From Alphaproteobacteria bacterium (lineage in GTDB: Bacteria > Pseudomonadota > Alphaproteobacteria > UBA6615), in the NCBI GenBank assembly GCA_039980135.1, contig JBDXCV010000014.1:1013-65012 (forward strand): a stretch of DNA of 64,000 nucleotides, given 5' to 3'. A program made the translations under genes and the position numbers. Positions 35,257-42,947 of the stretch are shown one piece after another. Every line of letters starts with the position of its first letter. The stretch's first letter is position 1. The notes under the pieces were generated by a model that searched no databases, was not told the DNA's origin, and worked only from the letters and a program-made list of their open reading frames with translations.

Positions 35257-36902
35257 AATTCGGCCCCGTCCCACTAACCCAGGCCGAGGGCGCGATGCTC
35301 GTTCATGGCCAGACCCTGGGCGGACAGCGATATCGCAAGGGACATGTCCTCGATGCTGACGACATTGCCCAGCTTACAGCGGCGGGTGAGACAGACGTCA
35401 CGGCCGCAATATTCGAACCCGGTGACATCGACGAGAACACCGCCGCCAGACGTGTGGCCGAAGCCGCGACGGGCACCGGCATTCGCGCCGGCCTCGCCGG
35501 CACGGGCCGGGTCAATCTGTTCGCCCGCCACGCCGGACTGGCCATGCTCGACCCCGCTGCGGTGGAGCGGATCAACCGGGTCGATGAAGGCATTACCATC
35601 TCCACGCTCCGTCCTCTCGACCGGGTGGAATCGGAACAGATCGTTGCAACGATCAAGATCATTCCGTTCGCCGTCTCCGAGGCGGACCTGTCCCAGGCCG
35701 AAGCGGCAGCGCAGGCCGCAGGCGAAGACGGCCTCGTTTCCGTACGCGCCTACCGTCAGCGAAACGTCGGACTGATCCAGACCAACCTGCCCGGCCTCCC
35801 CGGCAAGGTCCTGGCGAAGACAGAAGAGGTCGTACGCAACCGTATCGAAGCCCTCGGGAGCACACTGGCCGCACCGGTGACGGTGCACCATGACCCGGTA
35901 TCGATCGATGCCGCGCTGCACGGGTTGGTCGGCGGCGGGAGCGAACTCATCCTGATCGTGGGTGCGTCTGCCACCACCGACCGGCGCGACGTGATACCTG
36001 CGGCAATCACGGACGCGGGCGGCAGCATCGAACATTTCGGGATGCCGATGGACCCGGGAAACCTGACGGTCCTCGCACGAATGGGCGATGTTCCCATCCT
36101 CGCGCTGCCCGGCTCCGCCCGGTCTCCCCGGCTCGGCGGAAATGACCTTTTGCTCGAGCGGATCATGGCCGACATCCCGGTCGACGGGGCACACATCATG
36201 GCGCTCGGCGTCGGCGGGTTGCTCAAGGAAATTCCCTCCCGCCCCCTGCCGCGCACCCACGCAGCGCCGCGATCGCGACGCCAGAGCACTTCCTCGCCCC
36301 AGTTTGCCGCAATCATCCTCGCGGCGGGGCAATCGCGGCGCATGGGGGCCGTCAATAAACTGCTGATCGAGGTCGACGGCAAGCCGATGATACGCCACGC
36401 GGTGGACGCTGCACGCGAATCCGGCGCCGATCCGGTGATTGTCGTGACCGGCCATCAAGCCCACGAAGTGCAGACCACAGCCGGAAGCCGGGCGACAATC
36501 GTACACAACCCGGCCTTCGACGAAGGGTTGAGCAGTTCCCTACGGGCCGGACTTTCGGCCGTTCCCGACTCTTGCGACGGGGCGCTGATTGCCCTTGGTG
36601 ACATGCCGAAAATCGGCGCACAACACCTGCATCAGCTTGTGGCGGCATATGATCCCGAAGAGGGACATCTCATTTGTGTGCCGACACGGAACGGAATACG
36701 CGGTAATCCTGTATTCTGGGATCGGCGGTTTTTCGAAGACATGTCCGCATTGGGTGGCGACGTCGGTGCCAAACATCTGATCGGTGACTATGACGAAGTC
36801 GTCATCGAGGTCCCGATGCCGGACGACGCCGTACTGACGGATGTTGATTCACCTGCCGCGCTGGAACGTCTCTCCGCAGACGGCACGAAGGTTAAGACAT
36901 GA
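35253..36902 (+). CDS. Fusion of a molybdopterin-binding (MoeA/CinA-like MoCF) domain and a MocA-like nucleotidyltransferase (molybdenum cofactor cytidylyltransferase)
   Basis: The C-terminal half AAIILAAGQSRRMGAVNKLL...GDMP has the MobA/MocA fold. The N-terminal half is molybdopterin-binding-like. ATGA overlap with the upstream gene. Confidence 0.8.
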   Translation: MKFGPVPLTQAEGAMLVHGQTLGGQRYRKGHVLDADDIAQLTAAGETDVTAAIFEPGDIDENTAARRVAEAATGTGIRAGLAGTGRVNLFARHAGLAMLDPAAVERINRVDEGITISTLRPLDRVESEQIVATIKIIPFAVSEADLSQAEAAAQAAGEDGLVSVRAYRQRNVGLIQTNLPGLPGKVLAKTEEVVRNRIEALGSTLAAPVTVHHDPVSIDAALHGLVGGGSELILIVGASATTDRRDVIPAAITDAGGSIEHFGMPMDPGNLTVLARMGDVPILALPGSARSPRLGGNDLLLERIMADIPVDGAHIMALGVGGLLKEIPSRPLPRTHAAPRSRRQSTSSPQFAAIILAAGQSRRMGAVNKLLIEVDGKPMIRHAVDAARESGADPVIVVTGHQAHEVQTTAGSRATIVHNPAFDEGLSSSLRAGLSAVPDSCDGALIALGDMPKIGAQHLHQLVAAYDPEEGHLICVPTRNGIRGNPVFWDRRFFEDMSALGGDVGAKHLIGDYDEVVIEVPMPDDAVLTDVDSPAALERLSADGTKVKT

Positions 36903-37294
36903 AGACCATCAAAACCCTGCTGATTCCACTTTCCATATTCGGATTCGCGCTGGTGATCGACGTCCCGACGGGACACGCGCAGAGCAAGCCGACATGTTCG
37001 GTGCGCGAAGGTGTCGAATTCCATCGACAGAGAAACTACGGAAAGGCATTCGAGTGTTGGGATCAGCATGCACGCCTGGGCAGCTCCGCCGCACAATTCA
37101 ATATCGCCCGAATGTATATCCTCGGTGAGGGAGTCCCGCGCAACAAGGTCGAAGCCTACAAATGGCTGACGATCGCAGACCGGAGCGGACGTCCCGAAGC
37201 GCGCAAGGCGTTGACGAAGGTCCGAGAGGGCATGACTCCGGAACAGCTGGAAGATGCCCGCAAGCGGGTTCAGCGGTTTTACAACAGCAGATGA
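36899..37294 (+). CDS. Secreted Sel1-like repeat protein (131 aa)
   Basis: Signal peptide MKTIKTLLIPLSIFGFALVIDVPTGHA. The SLR motifs are AAQFNIARMYILGEGVPRNKVEAYKWL. Its start overlaps the stop of the MocA-fusion gene (ATGA at 36899-36902). Confidence 0.85.
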   Translation: MKTIKTLLIPLSIFGFALVIDVPTGHAQSKPTCSVREGVEFHRQRNYGKAFECWDQHARLGSSAAQFNIARMYILGEGVPRNKVEAYKWLTIADRSGRPEARKALTKVREGMTPEQLEDARKRVQRFYNSR

Positions 37295-37318
37295 TATCAA
37301 TCGCTGGCGCGCGCTGGC

Positions 37319-37702
37319 CTAGACCTCGCGATCGACAAGCAGCCTCATCATTTCATTTGTCGTTTCCAGAACAGCGACATTCGCCTCGTAACTCCGCCGG
37401 GCGACCGCAACATCAACAAACTCCGCCGGCAGACTGATATTGGGCATTCCGAAGACGCCATCTGCGTTCGCCGAGGCGTCGGTAGGCGCATAGGCAGGCA
37501 AAACGGGCCGGCCGATCGGCTGAACAATGCCACGAACACCGCCGCGAGCATCTGTCGATTGATCCAGGCGCTGGGGTGAATACCCGTCATAGGGTTCTAC
37601 ACCGCCCGATGCGGGTGCATTCGCGATATTGTTTGCCGCCACGCCGAAGCGGAGTGCGCTTACGCGCAGGCCTGCGATGGCGGTCTGTATGGCGTCTATC
37701 AT
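37319..37702 (-). CDS. FlgC-like flagellar basal-body rod family protein (orphan, 127 aa)
   Basis: The N-terminus AIAGLRVSALRFGVAANNIANA fits the rod N-terminal motif. The C-terminus LPAEFVDVAVARRSYEANVAVLETTNEMMRLL fits the rod C-terminal motif. I chose the ATG at 37702; the track start is 37753. Confidence 0.7.
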   Translation of the reverse strand: MIDAIQTAIAGLRVSALRFGVAANNIANAPASGGVEPYDGYSPQRLDQSTDARGGVRGIVQPIGRPVLPAYAPTDASANADGVFGMPNISLPAEFVDVAVARRSYEANVAVLETTNEMMRLLVDREV

Positions 37703-37768
37703 TGTGACGACCCTCTCCGCGCATAAAATGGCGACTTCGGCACTGCATACCAACCAGGATCAGCTTGG

Positions 37769-38341
37769 ATGCTCTTAAAATTGAACCAATTCAATGACAT
37801 GATCGATAGAGACGAAATCCGAAACCATCGGAAAACAACTGACACGAGCCTGTTGTTCGCACTGCGCCGCATGCTTTGTGCGGCGATACTTCTCACGTCT
37901 GCGGCGCCTGTGAGTGCAGCCGTCGCGGCAGGGACCGAAGTATCGCCGGGCGAGGAAATGGATTTTCAAGAAGGCCTGGAAGAATTCCGTTCCGACGATC
38001 ATGCAGATGCATTTGCCCATTGGTATCCACTTGCGCAAGAAGGCATCCCCGAGGCCCAGTACAACATCGGACGCATGCTCGCGCTGGGTGAAGGCATCGA
38101 GCGCGACAATCTCGAGGCCTATGCATGGTTCATCCGGGCCGCGATGAACGGACGCGCCGAAGCCTTCGACGCGATGCAACAGCTGGATGACTTCCTGACT
38201 GAAGATGAAATCAATCTCGCGAAGGCCCGAGCCCGTGAAATCGAGCGAATCGAAATCGGCTATACGGGCGAAGAGCCGCTCCCGCCGACGCTCAATGACG
38301 GCAGCCCATCAGAGCCTTTCGCCGAGTGGCCGGGTAGCTAA
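37769..38341 (+). CDS. Secreted Sel1-like repeat protein (up to 190 aa)
   Basis: The SLR motifs are AQEGIPEAQYNIGRMLALGEGIERDNLEAYAWFIRAA, with a hydrophobic signal-like segment MLCAAILLTSAAPVSA. Alternative starts lie at 37799 and 37871. Confidence 0.8.
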   Translation: MLLKLNQFNDMIDRDEIRNHRKTTDTSLLFALRRMLCAAILLTSAAPVSAAVAAGTEVSPGEEMDFQEGLEEFRSDDHADAFAHWYPLAQEGIPEAQYNIGRMLALGEGIERDNLEAYAWFIRAAMNGRAEAFDAMQQLDDFLTEDEINLAKARAREIERIEIGYTGEEPLPPTLNDGSPSEPFAEWPGS

Positions 38342-38407
38342 CGGGAACCCGCGACGGCATCCGCTATTGGATTCGGGCGCCGAGGCATATGCCCATCATC
38401 GAAACGT

Positions 38408-38441
38408 AAAACGCCCGCACCAATGAAGGTGCGGGCGTTTC
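38408..38441. terminator. Bidirectional intrinsic terminator hairpin between convergent genes
   Basis: AAACGCCCGCACC (38408-38420, stem to 38421) pairs with GGTGCGGGCGTTT (38428-38440) as a perfect 12-13 bp GC-rich stem, flanked by A/T-rich runs on both sides. Confidence 0.8.
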
Positions 38442-38478
38442 GTATTCCAGAATGAACTCGCCGTGGAGACCGAAGGCC

Positions 38479-38973
38479 TCAACTGCCGTCCGAAGGCCAG
38501 GCAGCGCTGCTTGTCTGCGAGCCCGCCAGGGCTTTTCGCAACTGGTCGAGCTCCGAACAGCCGTTCGGGCAAAGTGTTTCGAGCTTCGCGAGCATGTCTT
38601 CTGCTTTCTCGCGGCGGTCCGTCTCGATGAACAATTCACCGTAATATTCGATGGCGCCCTTGTGCTCAGGGTTGAGCCGCAAAGCACGCTTGTAGTTGCG
38701 TTCCGCGCGGTTGAAATCCTTGGACTTGCGATAGCTGTAGCCGAGAAGATTGTATGCGTCGGCTTCGCGCGGGCTGGATTCGACGACCCCGTTCAAAACC
38801 TGGATTGCATCACGGTAATTTTCCTGCCGGATCAAACCCTCCGCGCTCGCCAACTGCGCGCGGACTTCGGCCGGGGTTAGGGCTGTCGTGGTGTCCGACC
38901 CGGCGCCGTATGCGCTGCCGGCGCCAAAAGCCATGAATAAAACCAGATATGCCGTCGCTAAACGTGCACGCAT
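38479..38973 (-). CDS. Secreted TPR-repeat protein (164 aa)
   Basis: The ATG at 38973 is preceded by GGAGA. Signal peptide MRARLATAYLVLFMAFGAGSAYG. The TPR motifs are YRDAIQVLNGVVESSPREADAYNLLGYSYRKSKDFNRAERNYKRALRLNPEH. A Cys pair lies near the C-terminus. Confidence 0.85.
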   Translation of the reverse strand: MRARLATAYLVLFMAFGAGSAYGAGSDTTTALTPAEVRAQLASAEGLIRQENYRDAIQVLNGVVESSPREADAYNLLGYSYRKSKDFNRAERNYKRALRLNPEHKGAIEYYGELFIETDRREKAEDMLAKLETLCPNGCSELDQLRKALAGSQTSSAAWPSDGS

Positions 38974-39099
38974 CGCGTTATCTCCGCTGGTTTGACGGGG
39001 CCCCTCGTTGTCCCCGTGTTCAAATAAACGAGCGCCGCCCCCGTTCACGTATTCCGGCACTCTGGGCCATGCTAACCTTCCCCCATAAATAGTGACAAT

Positions 39100-40893
39100 T
39101 TGGCTCTGTTCAACATCATGTCATCTGCCAGCAACGTGAATCCTCTGCCGCCCGCGAAAAACCCTGTATTTCCGCGACTAAGGGTCAGCAAACGCGGGTT
39201 GCGCCTCGGCAGCGGTCTGATTTTGTTTGTCTTCGTGCTCACCCATCTGACGAATCACGCCCTCGGCCTGATCTCGCTTGAGGCCATGGAGGCGGGCCAG
39301 CACTATTTCCTGTTGCTCTGGCGTAATCCGGTCGGGACCACGGTCTTCCTCGGCGCGCTCCTCACCCACATGATGTTTGCACTGCATTCTCTCTACAGCC
39401 GTCGTCGCTTGAAGATGAGTATCGGCGAGGCGCTGCAGCTCGTTCTGGGCTTCGCCGCGCCCGTCCTGCTGGTCAGCCATATTCTGGGCACCCGCGCCGC
39501 CGTACAGAGTTTTGGTACCACCGATTCCTACACGTATGTCCTGCTGGCACTCTGGGTCGACAACCCCATGGGCGGGCTTCGCCAAACGGCAGCGACCCTC
39601 GTGGTCTGGATCCATGCCTGTATCGGTATCTACTACTGGCTCCGGCTCAAACCATGGTTCGCCCGCAGCATGGCCTGGTTGTATGGACTCGCGCTTCTTG
39701 TTCCCGTGCTCGGCCTTCTCGGTTTCGTTGCAGCCGGCCGCACCGTGGGACGGATAATCGCGGACGACCCGGGGTTTCGGCTCGATTTGCAGATCGATAC
39801 CAATGCGCCGACCGAGGAACAGATCGAGTTTCTCTATCTCCTGGAAGAGCGGATACTCCTGGGCCTCGGGGCGCTGTTGTTGCTGACCCTGATCGCGCGC
39901 GGAATTCGCCTGTATGTCGAGCGACGGCGCGGCATCGTTCGCATTCGATATCCCGAGGGCCGGAATGTTTCCGTGGCCCCAGGGACGTCGATCCTCGAAG
40001 CCAGCCAGCTCAATGAAATTCCCCACGCATCGGTGTGCGGAGGGCGCGGTCGCTGTTCCACCTGCCGCGTCCGCGTGAACGGTCCGCTCGACGATCTGCC
40101 GCTGCCGGACGAACATGAACTCAAGGTTCTGCGACGCGTCGGCGCGGCACCAGACGTGCGCCTGGCCTGTCAGACCCGCCCGACCCAGGACCTGTCCGTC
40201 ACGCCATTGCTACCCCCCAATGCGAGCCCGCGCGACGGTTTTGCCAAGTCGGCGGCCATGCAGGGGCAAGAGCAGGAAATCGCTATTCTGTTTGCCGACA
40301 TCCGTGGCTTCACGTCCTTCTCCGAACAGAAACTTCCCTACGACGTGGTGTTTGTCCTCAACCGGTACTTCCGTTCCATGGGCGAAGCCATCGAACAGGC
40401 TGGCGGGCGCGTGGACAAGTTCATCGGTGACGGCATCATGGCCCTGTTCGGCGTGGACGCCAGCGCCGCCGACGGCGCCACATCAGCCCTTCTCGCCGCG
40501 CAGGGCATGGCGGCCCAGCTGGATGAGCTCAACCGCCTGCTCGAGGCGGATTTGCCCGCACCGTTGCGGATCGGGATCGGAATCCATGTCGGCCCGGCGA
40601 TCGTCGGCGAGATGGGTTACGGTCCCGCCATCTCCGTGACCGCCATCGGCGACACCGTCAATACGGCGAGCCGGCTCGAAGCCAAGACGAAGGACTTCGG
40701 GGCACAACTGATTGTTTCGGAACAATTATCTGACGTCAGCGGCCTCGACACAGGCGGTCTGCGGAGCGAAGAGATCGAGGTTCGCGGCCGGCAGGAACCG
40801 ATGTCCATCTACATTTTTGACGACGCGCGGGAACTCGACGGGCGGTTCGGCGACAGCCGGAAACAGCGCGAGACGCAGTCGGCCTCGGCCTAG
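39100..40893 (+). CDS. Membrane-bound class III adenylate/guanylate cyclase with multi-His 6-TM N-domain and [2Fe-2S] ferredoxin domain
   Basis: The TM region has His in successive helices (THLTNHALG, LTHMMFALHS, VSHILG, WIHACIGIYYW). The Fer2-type motif is CGGRGRCSTCRV...LACQT. The cyclase core is ILFADIRGFTSFSE...DKFIGDGIMALFG...GIHVGPAIVGEMG...TAIGDTVNTASRLE. Confidence 0.85.
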   Translation: MALFNIMSSASNVNPLPPAKNPVFPRLRVSKRGLRLGSGLILFVFVLTHLTNHALGLISLEAMEAGQHYFLLLWRNPVGTTVFLGALLTHMMFALHSLYSRRRLKMSIGEALQLVLGFAAPVLLVSHILGTRAAVQSFGTTDSYTYVLLALWVDNPMGGLRQTAATLVVWIHACIGIYYWLRLKPWFARSMAWLYGLALLVPVLGLLGFVAAGRTVGRIIADDPGFRLDLQIDTNAPTEEQIEFLYLLEERILLGLGALLLLTLIARGIRLYVERRRGIVRIRYPEGRNVSVAPGTSILEASQLNEIPHASVCGGRGRCSTCRVRVNGPLDDLPLPDEHELKVLRRVGAAPDVRLACQTRPTQDLSVTPLLPPNASPRDGFAKSAAMQGQEQEIAILFADIRGFTSFSEQKLPYDVVFVLNRYFRSMGEAIEQAGGRVDKFIGDGIMALFGVDASAADGATSALLAAQGMAAQLDELNRLLEADLPAPLRIGIGIHVGPAIVGEMGYGPAISVTAIGDTVNTASRLEAKTKDFGAQLIVSEQLSDVSGLDTGGLRSEEIEVRGRQEPMSIYIFDDARELDGRFGDSRKQRETQSASA

Positions 40894-41711
40894 TCTTCCA
40901 TCGCCCGGTCAGCGGCGCGCTGAAGGACGGAAGGCCAGTTCGAGAGCGACACCAGATGGCTGTAGACGACCGGCAGCCAGTTCTTCCGGCGCCAATCCAG
41001 GAACACGTCATCGGGCAATTTGTCGAATTTTTCACGGTCGATGACCTTGTAGCCCTGCATCTGAATCTTGCGGTCATCGGCCAGCCGGATTTCCGTGGAG
41101 TTGTCCGTCAGCAATTCATGCTCGTTCAGGGCCGCAACGAACTGGCGTGTGGCCTCGTATTGCCCGTGATAGGCACGGCAGAATTCGAGCGCTCGGTCGG
41201 TAAGTTCAGATGGCTTGCCATCATCGTTGAAAAGCTGGCGGTCACCGCCTTCGGTCAGGGCGCCCGATTCCTCATCGACGCAGAGAATAAACTGCTCCTG
41301 CTCCGCATTCTCCATGAGAATAAACGGGTAGCGTCGGACATAGGCGGGAACATAGAAGCCACGGGCCCACGTATTGTCCGCACCGATAAACGCGTTGGTC
41401 CCCGTTCGCAGACCGCTGACAACCACCGGTAACGACGGTTCCGCCGTCGAAAACACGATCGGGTAGTGGCGCGCCGCGACGGCAAATTCGACGATGTTGA
41501 CCGGAATGGCATTCGCATCGGTCGCGAAGGCGACATCCATGTCCTCGATCAGGCCGGACTTGGCGTGCCGCGTCGCTTCGACCGGACGCGGAGCCTTGTA
41601 GAACAATGGAAACCGGGGAGCCTCGGCGGCTTCCGGCTTTGCGTCCGGTGTTGCTTCGGCAGCTTTCGCCTTGGATGAAGGCTCTTTTTTGTCTTTCGGC
41701 TTTCGGGCCAT
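40890..41711 (-). CDS. SapC-family protein
   Basis: The SapC pattern is FPLFYKAPRPVEATRH...IVEFAVAARHYPIVF...YVPAYVRRYPFIL; 273 aa with a Lys/Ala-rich N-terminus. Confidence 0.8.
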   Translation of the reverse strand: MARKPKDKKEPSSKAKAAEATPDAKPEAAEAPRFPLFYKAPRPVEATRHAKSGLIEDMDVAFATDANAIPVNIVEFAVAARHYPIVFSTAEPSLPVVVSGLRTGTNAFIGADNTWARGFYVPAYVRRYPFILMENAEQEQFILCVDEESGALTEGGDRQLFNDDGKPSELTDRALEFCRAYHGQYEATRQFVAALNEHELLTDNSTEIRLADDRKIQMQGYKVIDREKFDKLPDDVFLDWRRKNWLPVVYSHLVSLSNWPSVLQRAADRAMED

Positions 41712-41878
41712 CGATCAACTCCAACGCCAACAGTTCAATCTGTGCGGCACGTTATGCTGAACGCACAACGCAATGCAACTATACGAAGATACGCAAGAAT
41801 TTACGCGCCCGCAGACTATTGTACCCCACACCGGCGGCAGGACATCTGGTGGCTCCCCGTAAACAAATGCGGGTGGCG

Positions 41879-42937
41879 TCACGAACTGTCGTCGTCTTTC
41901 GCTACAAGAATGTCATCCAGGGAACGGGTCAGATTCTCAAACGTGGCACTCGGTATCCAGTAGACCCACTTACCCACACGGACGTTGATCTCCTCAACTG
42001 CCGTGCGCGCCGCCACGGCCGCTTCCGATTCGTCGGCGGGATCGCCGGTATAGGCTGCATCGAACGTCGCCCACTTCTTCCGGTCCAACTCGGCCAGCCG
42101 CACGTTCACCGTGAGACCGGCGAATGTGCTCATGCTCGCCGTCGCCGCATCGTCCGGCAATGCCAATTCTGTGCGAAGCCGGACATCCTCAAGCTCAAGC
42201 GAGGCCAGCGCCCGGCTCACGGATGTCGCTTTTTCGTCGTCCAGTTCGCGCCCTTCCGGTGCACCGCTGATCGTGAAACCTTCGTCACTTGGCGCGCCGC
42301 GAGAGAGCTCGTAGGCGTCGTCGCCGGTTCCGAGCGAAATACGCGCGACCTGATTTGCCGGAATTGCCACGATCTTGCGCTGGAGCCAGGGGATCAGTCG
42401 CGTCTGGACGTTGGTGACACCGCTGACCAGCCATACATTGTTGGTGCCGGGCTCGCGAATATAGGTGCCCGATGCCCGCCCCTCAAAAAAACGTGCGCTT
42501 GGGCGACCGACAATCGTCTCGGCGAGGACCTCGCCTTGTGCGTTCTGAACTTTGACATGGACCGAGTCCGACAATTCGGTGTCGATATCCTGCACCTCGA
42601 GCCGATAGAAACGCTCGGGATTCGAGGTCTTCCGCTCGACATAACGCATATCGGACAGCCCGACGATCAGGCGTCGGACATCGCCTTCGTCAATCAGGTA
42701 ATCGTTGCGATCCGGGGTGACCCAGCCCTCCCCGCTTTGTTCCATCGTAAAAGCACCAAAGCGGCTGTCGATTTCGATCCGTGTTGCCGATTCCGGGGCC
42801 TCGCGGAGTTTGGCAAAGACCGGTTCCCGTTTGATCAGATCGAAAGATGCCGTCTCTCGACCCAGTCCGACGACAATCGTCAGAACCACCGTTGCGGCCG
42901 TGAGAACCAGCCAGCCCAAAAATACGCGCGGACTCAT
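41879..42937 (-). CDS. DUF4340-like protein (N-terminal TM anchor)
   Basis: 352 aa from the ATG at 42937, which is 10 nt after the upstream stop. It has a single N-terminal TM helix and occupies the position after the GldG-like gene that is typical for DUF4340. Confidence 0.7.
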   Translation of the reverse strand: MSPRVFLGWLVLTAATVVLTIVVGLGRETASFDLIKREPVFAKLREAPESATRIEIDSRFGAFTMEQSGEGWVTPDRNDYLIDEGDVRRLIVGLSDMRYVERKTSNPERFYRLEVQDIDTELSDSVHVKVQNAQGEVLAETIVGRPSARFFEGRASGTYIREPGTNNVWLVSGVTNVQTRLIPWLQRKIVAIPANQVARISLGTGDDAYELSRGAPSDEGFTISGAPEGRELDDEKATSVSRALASLELEDVRLRTELALPDDAATASMSTFAGLTVNVRLAELDRKKWATFDAAYTGDPADESEAAVAARTAVEEINVRVGKWVYWIPSATFENLTRSLDDILVAKDDDSS

Positions 42938-42947
42938 ATCTCGCCCC

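Noticed and set aside
35274-36506. 410-aa minus-strand ORF (also 31807..33114 -, 34588..35274 -, 7025..8314 -, 10440..11450 +, 11993..12937 +, 15042..15917 +, 39178..40116 -, 51425..52339 +)
   Set aside because: Each is antisense to a gene with strong motif evidence (MocA fusion, CoxD, XdhC, thiZ/thiX, Atm1, MrpD, cyclase, acyl-CoA ligase). They have no SD and a biased composition.
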